The notes under the pieces were generated by a model that ran no database searches, was not told the origin of the DNA, and saw only the letters and a list, made by a program, of their open reading frames with translations. From a virus (Duplodnaviria; Caudoviricetes), in the IMG/VR virus record IMGVR_UViG_3300031841_003996, positions 1 to 54,938 of that record: a DNA stretch of 54,938 nucleotides. The stretch is one strand, 5' to 3'. The position numbers were made by a program, and so were the translations under genes. Of this stretch, positions 29,756-40,895 are shown piece by piece (within the stretch, counting starts at the first letter, position 1; every line of letters begins with the position of its first letter).

Positions 29756-30605
29756 CTTTATTATTACTGCAAAAGGCTCATATGATGTAAATGATGGCCA
29801 TGGCGCGCGTCATCGCGGCACACCAAAAACGCAAACTGAAGCCGCAACTGAATTAATTATTAACAGATTATATTTAATCGATCGGCTACAACAGAATAGA
29901 GTAAGTAAACATGATACTATTGTAACATTACCTGAACGTAAATTTTTGTATGAGAATATATTTGATCGAGTAATAGATTATCAATCACAATTTGTCGGTC
30001 GTACTAGTAGTGAGAATGATTTAGTTGCACGTTTTAACCATGTAGTGGATTCGCAGAATCGTATTTGCAAGCCATTTTATAAACATTATGAACGTGATAA
30101 AGATTTAATAAGTTGTATTAAGTACAATGATGAAATCTTAAACAAACAACTTAACGACTTTATAATAGTTGTAGTTAGATTGAAAAATTCTGATACTAGA
30201 CGTAATTTAGATTTAGAATATTGGAGAGAATTTTTAACTAGCATTAAAGATCGTTATGATAAAATTTTTATCTTTGGTAAGGGATGTGATGAGTTGGTAA
30301 GGGATAACATAGAATACATTGATACGTTGCAAGACTACTGTAGCTATCTACATCATGAAAAATGTAAACATGTTATTAGTACGATTTCCGGTCCATGTCA
30401 TTATGTACAACAATTTGGAAATGTATGCGGAGACACGACATTACATATGATCGATAATAATCATCTCATACCGTTTGGTGGACATGATGATCCGTCATAT
30501 TTTCATCCTTGCATTAATTTTACAAAAGTACACATAAACATAATAGACGGAGCTCCCGAAGCTTCAAAATTACAGGAACACATATGGAAGAATCCACAAA
30601 AGTAA
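29748..30605 (+). CDS. Hypothetical protein (possibly a divergent GT)
   Basis: 285-aa ORF in the glycan cluster; ISGPCH. Confidence 0.6.
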   Translation: MSNFIITAKGSYDVNDGHGARHRGTPKTQTEAATELIINRLYLIDRLQQNRVSKHDTIVTLPERKFLYENIFDRVIDYQSQFVGRTSSENDLVARFNHVVDSQNRICKPFYKHYERDKDLISCIKYNDEILNKQLNDFIIVVVRLKNSDTRRNLDLEYWREFLTSIKDRYDKIFIFGKGCDELVRDNIEYIDTLQDYCSYLHHEKCKHVISTISGPCHYVQQFGNVCGDTTLHMIDNNHLIPFGGHDDPSYFHPCINFTKVHINIIDGAPEASKLQEHIWKNPQK

Positions 30606-30949
30606 TAGGAACGCATTTTGATGAGTATATTAGACAGCATGTTAACGAAATTTTGAATAGTACAAAATTTCCAGAGTATGATGATATTCATAGCGATACA
30701 TTTTCAGAGTTAATTGACAAGTTAATAATTGTACATATACGATTATGGTATTTAGAAGATGCTACTAATGCAGAAACCGATCCGGTGAAAGTAGCAGAAC
30801 TAAAGAGAAAGGCCGACATAACATTTAAAGAAAAACGGCCTATGCTAGTTAAGTCATTAGACAAAATTATTACAAACATGTGTAATGGCAAATTCAATCC
30901 TACAGTAGAAAATCCGAAATTATATAAAGATTATCAAGAAGAAAATTAG
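30584..30949 (+). CDS. DUF4254-like helical protein
   Basis: DTFSELIDKL.IVHIRLWYLED...KR. Confidence 0.6.
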   Translation: MEESTKVIGTHFDEYIRQHVNEILNSTKFPEYDDIHSDTFSELIDKLIIVHIRLWYLEDATNAETDPVKVAELKRKADITFKEKRPMLVKSLDKIITNMCNGKFNPTVENPKLYKDYQEEN

Positions 30950-30977
30950 GTTCTTTGAAGAAACGATCATATAATTA
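30946..30977 (+). promoter_or_regulatory. Internal promoter TTAG-N20-TATAATTA
   Basis: Motif family member upstream of colD. Confidence 0.55.
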
Positions 30978-30999
30978 TAACAAGGAGTGAGAAAAGTTT

Positions 31000-32157
31000 A
31001 TGATAAAATTAGTTACTGACACGATTGATGATAAAGATATCGATCAATTAATAGAATGGCTGAAAACATATCCTAGATTGACAAAGGGTCAATTGACTGT
31101 AGATTTAGAAGAAAAATGGTCTAAATGGATCGGTACAGAACATTCAGTATTCTGCAACTCGGGTTCGTCTGCAAATCTTTTAATGTTATGGGCATTGATC
31201 GAAGCTGGTAGAATCTCGCGAGACGCTAAAATAGTCGTCCCGGCCGTTTCTTGGGCCACTGATCTTGCGCCAGTAATACAATTAGGAATGACGCCAATTT
31301 TATGTGATGCAAATCTCAAAGATTTATCAGTAGATATAAATCACTTAGAAACTATCTTTAAAGAGAGCAATCCAGATGTATTGTTACTAGTATCCGTCTT
31401 AGGTTTAGTGCCTGATATGGATGCGATTATGTCATTATGTGAAAAGTATAACGTTATTCTATTAGAAGATACATGTGAAAGTATAGGATCTAAACATGGC
31501 GATCGTAAACTAGGTACATTTGGATTGATGTCTAGTTTTTCTACATATTTTGGACATCATATATCTACCATTGAAGGAGGATTTGTATCAACTAATGACA
31601 GCGAATTATATGAAGTGCTTAAATCGATTAGAAGCCATGGCTGGACGCGAGATGCTAGCGATGAATATAGTATTCAACTAAAAAATGAATGGGACACTAT
31701 AGATTTTGATGCATTGTATACATTTTATCATTCTGGGTTTAATTTAAGATCTACCGATTTACAAGCATTCATAGGCCTAGGCCAGATTGATAAATTAGAT
31801 AGTATATGCGAACGTCGAAATCAAAACTTCAAGCTATATGAACGAGAACTAAATAATTTTGCGCCTCATATATCAAACGATGATACATTCGTTTCAAATT
31901 TTGCATATCCTGTTATAAGTAGTAATCGTAATAAAATAGTCAAAAGATTACAATCAGAAAACATAGAAGTTCGGCCATTGATATGTGGTTCAATGTCACT
32001 GCAGCCGTTTTATATCAAACAGTTTGGTAGAGTTAACATGCCTAATGCATCTATCATACATCGTGATGGATTTTATATACCAAATCACCCAGATCTATCA
32101 GAAGATGATATTCTAAAAATAACGGATATAATTAAAGGCGTTGATGAAGAAGCTTAA
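31000..32157 (+). CDS. colD: GDP-4-keto-6-deoxy-D-mannose 3-dehydratase (ColD; PLP-dependent DegT family with His in place of Lys)
   Basis: NSGSSANL, VPAVSWAT, LEDTCES, SFSTYFGHHISTIEGG, RSHGW.R, GFNLR. Confidence 0.82.
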   Translation: MIKLVTDTIDDKDIDQLIEWLKTYPRLTKGQLTVDLEEKWSKWIGTEHSVFCNSGSSANLLMLWALIEAGRISRDAKIVVPAVSWATDLAPVIQLGMTPILCDANLKDLSVDINHLETIFKESNPDVLLLVSVLGLVPDMDAIMSLCEKYNVILLEDTCESIGSKHGDRKLGTFGLMSSFSTYFGHHISTIEGGFVSTNDSELYEVLKSIRSHGWTRDASDEYSIQLKNEWDTIDFDALYTFYHSGFNLRSTDLQAFIGLGQIDKLDSICERRNQNFKLYERELNNFAPHISNDDTFVSNFAYPVISSNRNKIVKRLQSENIEVRPLICGSMSLQPFYIKQFGRVNMPNASIIHRDGFYIPNHPDLSEDDILKITDIIKGVDEEA

Positions 32158-32980
32158 ATTAAAGATATTAGATAACACATTTGCACATTGTGCATATAGT
32201 AATAACCCTTTACCGCCAGTTTCATTTTCAAAATACATCGAATGGGATAGGAATGTTTCTGATAACGAAGATCTTGTATTTTACGTAGATAATAATATTC
32301 AACGAGTAAATACCAAAGGTCATAAAAAACGGATTGCTTGGCTTATTGAGCCATATGTTAAGCAACCCGAAAATTACAATTGGTTACTAAAAAATAATCA
32401 TTTGTTTGACTATGTACTTGTCAATGAAAAGTCGTTGTTAGATAAAGGATCTAATTTTATTTATTATCCTTTTGGTGGATGCTGGATTGAACCAGAGAAT
32501 AGGAAGTTTCATGATAAAACAAAGATAGTAAGTATCATATGTTCTCATAAACGAAATGTACCAGATCATTACAAACGTCATGAATTGATACAAAGATTTG
32601 GCAATTGTATCGATGTGATGGGCCGCGGCTATACGCCTATTGATAGTATTACAGATGGGTTAAAGGATTATGCATTTCATATAGCAATGGAAAATCAAAG
32701 ACGTGATTTGCATTTTTCTGAAAAATTGATCAATCCTATAATGACTGGTACTATTCCAATATATTGGGGCATGCCGTCTATCGGCGATTACTTCGATACA
32801 CGTGGAATGATTTTAATTAATGATATAGAAGAATTTCCGGAAATCTATAATAGATTGGGCGAAGATTTATACAAAGAAATGTTACCATATGCTAAAGATA
32901 ATTTTGAAACGGCTAAGCAATATGTATTATCAGAAGATTGGATGTATGAGAATATTTTCGAACAAATGGGATTGATATGA
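32144..32980 (+). CDS. GT10-like alpha-1,3/4-fucosyltransferase family protein
   Basis: Y.FHIAMEN......FSEKL.......TIPIYWG. Confidence 0.75.
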   Translation: MKKLKLKILDNTFAHCAYSNNPLPPVSFSKYIEWDRNVSDNEDLVFYVDNNIQRVNTKGHKKRIAWLIEPYVKQPENYNWLLKNNHLFDYVLVNEKSLLDKGSNFIYYPFGGCWIEPENRKFHDKTKIVSIICSHKRNVPDHYKRHELIQRFGNCIDVMGRGYTPIDSITDGLKDYAFHIAMENQRRDLHFSEKLINPIMTGTIPIYWGMPSIGDYFDTRGMILINDIEEFPEIYNRLGEDLYKEMLPYAKDNFETAKQYVLSEDWMYENIFEQMGLI

Positions 32981-33756
32981 ACGTAGTTTTTTGGACAGGA
33001 ATACAGACGCATTTATCGACTAAATATGGCGGCTTTGATTGGCTGAACTATTCTAAGTTATCATGGCAATACTGGTGTAAGAAAAATAATGTAACATTTG
33101 TAGCATTTGAAGAGCCGTACGCTGATATTGATAAACATCGGGCTAATTGGCAAAAAGCAATTCATTGTTGGGATATTTTAGATGAACGTGGGTTAGATCC
33201 TGATAACGTATTTTTAGTCGATGCATCATCGATGATTAAATGGGACGCACCTAATATCTTCGAACAGATAGATGAAAGACTTACCGGATGGCCGGACTTA
33301 GACAACCTTAAATGGATTTATCAAAGTATAGAAGGATATAAATCATTCTTTGACTACGAGTTCGATAACACTAAGTATATTAATTCAGGAGTGATTATTT
33401 TTAACAAATCTCACCGTAAAATATTTGAATCTTTCAAAGAACTTTATTATAATAACGATGATGAGTTTATTCAATTACAAGATAAAATTGTACGCAAAGG
33501 CACAGAACAGACGCCATTTAATTATTGGTTGCAAATGAATGATGTAGAAGTGAATACTAGTTTACCCGTTACATGGAAACTTACTCATCTGCATCGTAAA
33601 CAAATGTTAGGTCATAATTGGCAGTTGAATGATGATAATATGCCATTTTTCATTAAACATGGGTATCTATGGTTCTTTACGGGATTTGAAAAAATGCAAC
33701 GCAATCGCGTAATGTCTGATGTATGGAAATTGATAGGACATAACTATGAAGCGTAA
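32977..33756 (+). CDS. GT-A glycosyltransferase (GT8-like)
   Basis: WCKKNN, YINSGVIIF, GTEQTPFN. Confidence 0.7.
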   Translation: MNVVFWTGIQTHLSTKYGGFDWLNYSKLSWQYWCKKNNVTFVAFEEPYADIDKHRANWQKAIHCWDILDERGLDPDNVFLVDASSMIKWDAPNIFEQIDERLTGWPDLDNLKWIYQSIEGYKSFFDYEFDNTKYINSGVIIFNKSHRKIFESFKELYYNNDDEFIQLQDKIVRKGTEQTPFNYWLQMNDVEVNTSLPVTWKLTHLHRKQMLGHNWQLNDDNMPFFIKHGYLWFFTGFEKMQRNRVMSDVWKLIGHNYEA

Positions 33757-34510
33757 TGTAGTATTTTTAACGGCTATAACATTTCCTGGTCAAGAGTATC
33801 GTAGTGCGCCATATAAATACGGTATACAATCATGGGCGAAGTGGTGTGAAAAAAATAACTGCGAACTATTCGTTTTAGATGAAGCTATATTTCCGGCAGA
33901 ATATTGTAAACCTAATTTTTATCGTTACTGGGCATTTGATTTACTTGATGCAAATGGAATAGAATATGATCAAATTTGTTTAACAGATGCTGATTGCATT
34001 ATTCATCCGGATTGTCCTAATTTCTTTGAACTAACCGATCATCAGTATACAGTTACTGCTACGGAAGGAAGTATGGATTGGGTATGTCGTAGTTTAGAAA
34101 ATTACGGCAAATTGATATTCAAGAATACATTTCCATTACATAGATACTTCAATGCCGGCTTTCAAGTCATTAATGAATCTCATCGTCCATTGATTGATAA
34201 ATTCAAGCAATTTTATCAGGAGAATCGAGATGCAATATTACATATGCAATCTACATATGGCGTAGGAACAGATCAGCCATTGATCAATTTCATCGTAAAT
34301 CTTTCTGATACGGATGTAAAATATTTACATTATCAATTCTGTATGGCAGATTTAGCTCGTAAAGAAATATTAGATGACGAACTAACATTTACAAAAGTAC
34401 TCAAAGGTATTTATCAGTTCAATGCTATACCCGATAATCATAATGCTGAAAAGACTATGTATTGGATGAAGCGAGCATATGAACATTTATATGAGGGCAC
34501 GAATGATTAA
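33746..34510 (+). CDS. GT-A glycosyltransferase (GT8-like), paralog of the preceding gene
   Basis: WCEKNN, TDADC (DxD), YFNAGF, GTDQPLIN. Confidence 0.72.
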   Translation: MKRNVVFLTAITFPGQEYRSAPYKYGIQSWAKWCEKNNCELFVLDEAIFPAEYCKPNFYRYWAFDLLDANGIEYDQICLTDADCIIHPDCPNFFELTDHQYTVTATEGSMDWVCRSLENYGKLIFKNTFPLHRYFNAGFQVINESHRPLIDKFKQFYQENRDAILHMQSTYGVGTDQPLINFIVNLSDTDVKYLHYQFCMADLARKEILDDELTFTKVLKGIYQFNAIPDNHNAEKTMYWMKRAYEHLYEGTND

Positions 34511-35492
34511 TTTAAAAAACAAATACGTAATAGGCGTACATGTTATGTTTTTTGAAATAGAAATTTTCAAAGAATATATCGACGGTCTTATCAATCTGTT
34601 AACAGACGTAAAGAACAAAGAAAATGTCATTTTAGATTTCTGCTTTAACGTATCAGAACATATCGAAAAGATAGATACTGATCTAATAACTAAAGAACAA
34701 TTAGTTAAGCAGTTTGACTCTGAAATAGCGCGGCTACAAGCTTCGCTGAGTATGCCAAATTTAGATTTTAGAATTCATGAGACATCAGATGGATTTTACT
34801 TTCATGCCGATTATCGTAGAGATTTAAACTATAATTTCTGCAAAAAGGTTGATTATGTTATGTGGGGAGAGACTGATAGCCTTTTTCCGAAAGAGGCATT
34901 ACAGGTTATAGAGACATTATCTAATTATACGAATGAACAGAATATACATAGATACATACTAAGTTTTGCAGATAGGAAGATGTGGGATTCATCATGGGAT
35001 CCATTAGTACATCCAAATTATGAAAATCATACGTTTATCGATGATGAGAATGGGCATTTAAATCCTAATCAAGCTAAGTCGCCTATGTCAATCGAAGACA
35101 TGAATAAAATAAATGCAGAAACAGATGAATTCGACATTAGGTATATTAATTATCCTAAAATCAGCGGATCATGTTTAGTTCTATCATCCGATCTAATCAA
35201 GTTCGGAGTTAATATTCCGCCATGTTTGATATATAATGACGACGAAGGCTTAGCAATTATGGGTCAGAAATTATGTGGTCAAAACTACTTACAATTTATC
35301 TGTAAAAATATATTACATGTACATGCTAGGCGCCATCCTAGAAAACGATTGTATGTGAAAGACGAATCAAATCCACATTCGTTCGCCGGCAATAAAAATG
35401 ATGCCTTCCAGCGCTTTAAAAAATTATCTCAACATAACATAGGCGTATTACTTAGTGGTAACAATAAATTTTATGAATACAAGGACTTTTAA
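34503..35492 (+). CDS. Hypothetical protein (possible GT-A)
   Basis: [14 protein letters not shown]; located in the glycan cluster. Confidence 0.6.
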   Translation: MINLKNKYVIGVHVMFFEIEIFKEYIDGLINLLTDVKNKENVILDFCFNVSEHIEKIDTDLITKEQLVKQFDSEIARLQASLSMPNLDFRIHETSDGFYFHADYRRDLNYNFCKKVDYVMWGETDSLFPKEALQVIETLSNYTNEQNIHRYILSFADRKMWDSSWDPLVHPNYENHTFIDDENGHLNPNQAKSPMSIEDMNKINAETDEFDIRYINYPKISGSCLVLSSDLIKFGVNIPPCLIYNDDEGLAIMGQKLCGQNYLQFICKNILHVHARRHPRKRLYVKDESNPHSFAGNKNDAFQRFKKLSQHNIGVLLSGNNKFYEYKDF

Positions 35493-35493
35493 A

Positions 35494-36465
35494 ATGAAAA
35501 CAGCATTAATAACAGGCATTAACGGAATGGATGGTAGCCATTTATCAGAATTCCTTCTGGATAAAGGATATAAAGTATTTGGCATTGAACGTAGATCATC
35601 GGTACGTAATACAGTTAATATTAAACATATCGAAGATAAGATAACATTTATTACAGCCGATCTAACAGACCAAGCATCATTAGTAAGAGCATTAGAACAA
35701 AGTCAGCCCGATGAAGTCTATAATTTAGCAGCTCAGTCTTTTGTACAAGCTAGCTTTCAAATGCCGGAACAGACGTCCGATGTAACAGGTATCGGTGTTT
35801 TAAGAATGTTAGAAGCAATTCGCGAATATGGAAAGCCAATTAAGTTTTATCAGGCCAGTAGTTCCGAAATGTTTGGTAAAGTACAAGAAACGCCTCAGAC
35901 AGAAACTACACCATTTTATCCACGTAGTCCATATGGCGTCGCAAAATTATATGGCCACTGGATTTCTAAAAATTATAGAGAAGCGTATAATATGTTTAAT
36001 GTAAATGGCATATTGTTTAATCATGAAAGTGAGCGACGAGGTATAGAGTTTGTAACGAGGAAGATAAGTGATGGCGTAGCTAGAATCAAATTAGGATTAG
36101 CCGATCATATTGTGTTAGGAAACTTAGAAGCAAAACGTGATTGGGGTTATTCACCTGATTATGTCGAAGCGATGTGGCTTATGATGCAGCAGGATGAGCC
36201 AGATGATTATGTGGTAGCTACCGGCGAGAGTCATTCAATTCGCGAATTTTTAGATATAGCATTTGACGAGATAGGAATAGCTAATTGGGAATCTTATGTT
36301 ATTCAAGATCCGAGATATATGAGACCATCGGAAGTTGATCATTTAATTGGCGATGCGAAGAAGGCAAAGGAATGTTTAAATTGGTCGCCAAAAACATCTT
36401 TCGATGAACTAGTAAGAAAAATGGTTCGTAATGACATACAAGTAATATCACATACAGAATTATAA
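35494..36465 (+). CDS. gmd: GDP-mannose 4,6-dehydratase
   Basis: [54 protein letters not shown]. Confidence 0.95.
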   Translation: MKTALITGINGMDGSHLSEFLLDKGYKVFGIERRSSVRNTVNIKHIEDKITFITADLTDQASLVRALEQSQPDEVYNLAAQSFVQASFQMPEQTSDVTGIGVLRMLEAIREYGKPIKFYQASSSEMFGKVQETPQTETTPFYPRSPYGVAKLYGHWISKNYREAYNMFNVNGILFNHESERRGIEFVTRKISDGVARIKLGLADHIVLGNLEAKRDWGYSPDYVEAMWLMMQQDEPDDYVVATGESHSIREFLDIAFDEIGIANWESYVIQDPRYMRPSEVDHLIGDAKKAKECLNWSPKTSFDELVRKMVRNDIQVISHTEL

Positions 36466-37370
36466 TGAAAATAGCATTTTTTACGGAGATGGGGTTTCGT
36501 GGACAAGTAACTCGTACTCATGAGAATATGAGAACTGAATTCGCTTGGATGTGTGCATTGAATGCGGATCATTATAATCTCAAAGATACTCCAGATCAAC
36601 ATTATGATATTGGCATAGCTATTAATTCAAAAAAGAATCCGCAGTGGGTCGATGTTAATAGGCTTAAGCAGTATTGTGATAAAGTAGGTGTGATGCAAGA
36701 AGGTCCGCATTGGTATTTTCAAGATTATCCGTTAGAAAATCAAATAACCTATTTCAATAATTTAACGGATGCGGATATAATATTTGCACATAATGAATCT
36801 GATTCTAAATATTTTCGTGGACTAGTCGATAATGCAGATGTACGTGTTTTACGATCATTAATGATAGAAGATGCCGTCGGCGACATTGACAATGTAAATC
36901 GTAGTGGTGTTATGATTGGCGGTAACTTTGTAAGTTGGTACGGCGGATTTGATTCTATGATAACAGCCGCGGCATTTGAGGAAGAAATATATGTGCCATC
37001 GATGGGCAGGAAACAGCCAGGTGAAGAGCAATTAGTAAATGTTCTACCTTATATGAGTTGGAAACAATGGATTCATAAATTAAATGAATTTAAATATGGC
37101 GTACATTTAATGAGAACGCATGCGGCTGGCACCTTTGCTTTAAATTGTGCATACTTAGGTATTCCATGTATTGGTTATCAAGGATTGGATACGCAAATGA
37201 TATGTCATCCGGATTGTACGGTTGAATTAGGAGATGTTGAATCGGCTAAACAAATAGCTAAACGTCTTAGGAATGATGAAGAATTTTACTTATATTGTAG
37301 TGATGTAGCAAAGAATAATTATGCTAGTCAATATCATGAAAATGTATTTTTAGAAAAAGTTAACTTATGA
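36465..37370 (+). CDS. Putative GT-B glycosyltransferase
   Basis: HLMRTHAAGTFALNCAYLGIPCIG in the C-terminal domain. Confidence 0.55.
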   Translation: MKIAFFTEMGFRGQVTRTHENMRTEFAWMCALNADHYNLKDTPDQHYDIGIAINSKKNPQWVDVNRLKQYCDKVGVMQEGPHWYFQDYPLENQITYFNNLTDADIIFAHNESDSKYFRGLVDNADVRVLRSLMIEDAVGDIDNVNRSGVMIGGNFVSWYGGFDSMITAAAFEEEIYVPSMGRKQPGEEQLVNVLPYMSWKQWIHKLNEFKYGVHLMRTHAAGTFALNCAYLGIPCIGYQGLDTQMICHPDCTVELGDVESAKQIAKRLRNDEEFYLYCSDVAKNNYASQYHENVFLEKVNL

Positions 37371-38227
37371 TACGTATTGAAAAGAATAAGACTTATTTAG
37401 TTACCGGCGGTAGTGGATTTTTGGGTATGCCTCTATGTCATCGTATTTTACAGCATGGAGGGCATGTACGAGTATTATCTAGAGATGAAGGTAAATTAAT
37501 TGAGCTAAAACAACGCTATCCTCAAATAGAAATATTAACAGGTGATATATCAGATAGGTTCGAAGTACGGCAGGCCATGAAGGATGTACATGGTGTCTTT
37601 CATTTAGCAGCTTCGAAACATGTTGGCATTGCAGAGACACAAGTTAGAGAATGTATAAAGACTAATACAATAGGTTCTATGTATATATTAGAAGAGTCGT
37701 TAGTCACTAAGCCAGAATTCGTCTTGTCGATTAGCACAGATAAAGCAGCTCAAGTCAATGGCGTATATGGAGCTACTAAATTGTTAATGGAACGATTGCA
37801 TAAACAGTTTGAGGCTTTAAACTCTGATACTAAGTATAGAATTGTACGATATGGCAATGTATTATACTCGACAGGATCAGTATTATGTAAGTGGAAAAAG
37901 TTGTTGCAACAAGGTGAGGAGGTTGTAGTAACAGATGGCAGCGCAACGAGATTCTTTTGGACCGTTGATCAAGCATTAGATCTTATCGAAGACTGTATGA
38001 AAAATGCAAAAGATTCGTCAGCGTATTGTCCGGATATGAAATCTATGACAATAGATAATTTGCTTCGAGCCATGGCCGAAAAATATCTCCCAGCTGGGAA
38101 GTCGTTGAAGGTACGTTATATTGGTCTACAGCCTGGCGAAAATTTACATGAAAAGGTAATGGAGGCCGGGCCATATTCTAATGAATGCGAACAATACTCT
38201 GTCGAAGATATTAAAGAATTGATATGA
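37367..38227 (+). CDS. UDP-GlcNAc 4,6-dehydratase-like SDR (PseB/CapD family)
   Basis: TGGSG, SRDE.K, GDI.D, HLAASKHV, STDKA, YGATK, VRYGNV..S.GSV, TRF, PGENLHE. Confidence 0.85.
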   Translation: MIRIEKNKTYLVTGGSGFLGMPLCHRILQHGGHVRVLSRDEGKLIELKQRYPQIEILTGDISDRFEVRQAMKDVHGVFHLAASKHVGIAETQVRECIKTNTIGSMYILEESLVTKPEFVLSISTDKAAQVNGVYGATKLLMERLHKQFEALNSDTKYRIVRYGNVLYSTGSVLCKWKKLLQQGEEVVVTDGSATRFFWTVDQALDLIEDCMKNAKDSSAYCPDMKSMTIDNLLRAMAEKYLPAGKSLKVRYIGLQPGENLHEKVMEAGPYSNECEQYSVEDIKELI

Positions 38228-39018
38228 ACGTATTAATTATCGGAGGTAATAGATTTGTAGGTAAGTTATTAGCTCAACAGTTAATACGTACACGTGTATC
38301 TGTTACTCTGATAAATAGAACTGGGACGGGTCCGGAAGGATGTACCTTAATTAAATGCGATAGAAACTCAGCTGAGTTTTCTGATTACATAGAAAATATC
38401 AACCCAGATGTCATTGTTGATATGTGTTTGTATACATTAGATCAATATGAATCGATGTCAACGGCATTGCATGCTATTGACTTAAAAAAGTATATCTTCG
38501 TTAGTAGTATAGCTTGTAAGTTCGATTCATTTGGCGAATATGGATTACAGAAGAAACTGCTCAATTCTAGAATTAGAAATTCGTTATTGCCATACATTAT
38601 TTTACAGCCTACGTATATCATTGGCGAATCAGATCATTCAAATCGTTTATCTAATTACATTGAATGTCTATTGAACGATGATATAGTAAACATCGATGGC
38701 GACGGCGATCAAATGATAAACTTTATCGATGCTAATGATATGTGTGATATCATTAACAAACTAATTTATTCAGTAACCATACGTGCAGAATATGAGTTAG
38801 GATGTAATGAGATGACATCATTAAACGATTTGATTTATAGACTATCCAAGCATTTAAATCGTACACCTATAATACAACATCATTCAGATAGTAGTCCATA
38901 TGACAATGTACAATGTTTTGCTATTAACTTTAAAGTTAAGCGAGATATGCAATACACGTTCAATACGTTTGATGATACTTTAAAACGAATATGTGATAGT
39001 TATGAGTATAAAAGTTAA
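38224..39018 (+). CDS. NAD-dependent epimerase/dehydratase
   Basis: IIGGNRFVG, FVSS, YGLQK. Confidence 0.75.
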   Translation: MNVLIIGGNRFVGKLLAQQLIRTRVSVTLINRTGTGPEGCTLIKCDRNSAEFSDYIENINPDVIVDMCLYTLDQYESMSTALHAIDLKKYIFVSSIACKFDSFGEYGLQKKLLNSRIRNSLLPYIILQPTYIIGESDHSNRLSNYIECLLNDDIVNIDGDGDQMINFIDANDMCDIINKLIYSVTIRAEYELGCNEMTSLNDLIYRLSKHLNRTPIIQHHSDSSPYDNVQCFAINFKVKRDMQYTFNTFDDTLKRICDSYEYKS

Positions 39019-40144
39019 ATACCCTAGAGCAAAGCCATACTTTGCAGACGATTCTAAAGCACTTATTCTCGAGAACATATCTGAAATATTAGATTCCGGA
39101 ATGTTGACTCAAGGTAAGTATGTAGCAAAATTTGAGTCTGAATTTAAAGATAAGATAGGTACTAAATATGCAGTAGCTACTAGTTCATGTACATCAGCAT
39201 TAGAAATAGCTATCAAATGTTTAGGATTGAAAAATACTCGTATTGCAGTTACGACGAATACATGGATGTCATGTGCAAACGTAATCCTACTTACAGACAA
39301 CGAACCTGTATTTATAGACATAAACAAGAATACATTGAATATGGATACAGATGATTTGTTACGTAAATTAGATGATGTAGATGCGATACTTTGGGTACAT
39401 ATGGCCGGATTGATTAGTCCGGATTTTTTCATAATTAAAGAGATTTGTGATGAACGCGGCATACGTATTATCGAAGATTGTGCACATGCCCATGGTGCTA
39501 CTATCAATGGTAAGAAGGCTGGTAGCTTAGGCGACGTCGGGTGTTTTTCATTTTATCCTACTAAGATCATAGCAACAGGCGAAGGTGGTATGATAACTAC
39601 TAATGATCCTGATATTGCTCGTAAAGCTGATATATATCGTAATCATGGCACAACAAGAAATCCACAAAAAGTAGAAGGATTAGATTACGGCGTAACATGT
39701 CATTTCCCGTCACAAAATTATAGGATGACAGAGATAGCAGGTATTTTAGGTCTGCATCAATTAAAGTTATTAGATACTTTTGTAGCCCGGCGAAATGAAA
39801 TAGCAGATACATACAGAAAGTATCTGAAAAATATTCCAGGCATCGAATTATTACCTAGGTTTGAGGGACATTCGTACTGGAATTTTTATATATTATTAGA
39901 TGATAGTATTGATAGAGAGATATTTGCTAAAACGTTATTACATGAATACGGAATACAAACAGCGAATGCATACTCCCCGGCAATACATCAACAAGAAATG
40001 TTCCAGCAATATGTTTCAAACTTACCTGTAGCTGATGACGTATTAGATAGACATATTTCATTGCCTATGTACGTCACTCTCACAGAACAAGATATATTAC
40101 ATATAACGGATTGTATCAAAGATGCGGCCGATAGAAGTAAATAA
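39002..40144 (+). CDS. DegT/DnrJ/EryC1/StrS sugar aminotransferase
   Basis: SCTSAL, IEDCAHAHG, FSFYPTKII.TGEGG (Schiff-base Lys), NYRM. Confidence 0.92.
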   Translation: MSIKVKYPRAKPYFADDSKALILENISEILDSGMLTQGKYVAKFESEFKDKIGTKYAVATSSCTSALEIAIKCLGLKNTRIAVTTNTWMSCANVILLTDNEPVFIDINKNTLNMDTDDLLRKLDDVDAILWVHMAGLISPDFFIIKEICDERGIRIIEDCAHAHGATINGKKAGSLGDVGCFSFYPTKIIATGEGGMITTNDPDIARKADIYRNHGTTRNPQKVEGLDYGVTCHFPSQNYRMTEIAGILGLHQLKLLDTFVARRNEIADTYRKYLKNIPGIELLPRFEGHSYWNFYILLDDSIDREIFAKTLLHEYGIQTANAYSPAIHQQEMFQQYVSNLPVADDVLDRHISLPMYVTLTEQDILHITDCIKDAADRSK

Positions 40145-40895
40145 AAGTAATAGTCCTCTCCGAGCGGATCTATCATATCCTATCCTTGTAGCACATCAGC
40201 CCGAGTTCTTGCCATGGCTAGGTAATTTATCTAAAGCAGCGATGGGCGATGTATATTTGATATTAGATACTGTACAGTTTGTAAAGGAAGTATTTCAAAA
40301 TAGAAACAAGATAAAAATTGCTAGCGATCGTGGATGGCAGTGGCTAACTGTTCCGACCATAGGCGGCAAGAAAAAGTTAATGAATTGGCAAGATGTAAAA
40401 ATAAATAACTCAATTCCATGGAAACGTAAACATCTTGCTGCGATCAAAACATCATATGCTAAGGCACCATTTTTTTCAGAAATATATCCTGAGATAGAAC
40501 AAATTTATAATGAGTTTGATGACGATCGATTGATAGAATTTGTAGTTAAGTTCATTGAATATGCCCATCGTAAATTTGAATTGAATATACCTATTTACAG
40601 AACTTCACGATTGATTGAACGAGGATATGATATAAGCGGAGCTAAAACAGATCTAATACTGAGTATGTGTAGATCGGTAGATGCTAAAACTTTTATCTTC
40701 GGTACACAAGGAAGAAATTATATTGAAAAGGAAAAATTTAATCAGGTAGAATATAGGTTTCAGAACTTCGAACATCCTATTTATATGCAGCAACATGGCG
40801 ATTTTATTTCACACATGTCTTTCATAGATGTGTTGTTTAATTATGGTCCTAATGCGAAACATGTTTTAAATAAATCTAGTTACGATGAAGAATAA
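40122..40895 (+). CDS. WbqC-like protein
   Basis: HQPEFLPWLG, DTVQF, FQNRN.I, WLTVP, Y.KAPFF, SFIDVLFN. Confidence 0.88.
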   Translation: MRPIEVNKSNSPLRADLSYPILVAHQPEFLPWLGNLSKAAMGDVYLILDTVQFVKEVFQNRNKIKIASDRGWQWLTVPTIGGKKKLMNWQDVKINNSIPWKRKHLAAIKTSYAKAPFFSEIYPEIEQIYNEFDDDRLIEFVVKFIEYAHRKFELNIPIYRTSRLIERGYDISGAKTDLILSMCRSVDAKTFIFGTQGRNYIEKEKFNQVEYRFQNFEHPIYMQQHGDFISHMSFIDVLFNYGPNAKHVLNKSSYDEE

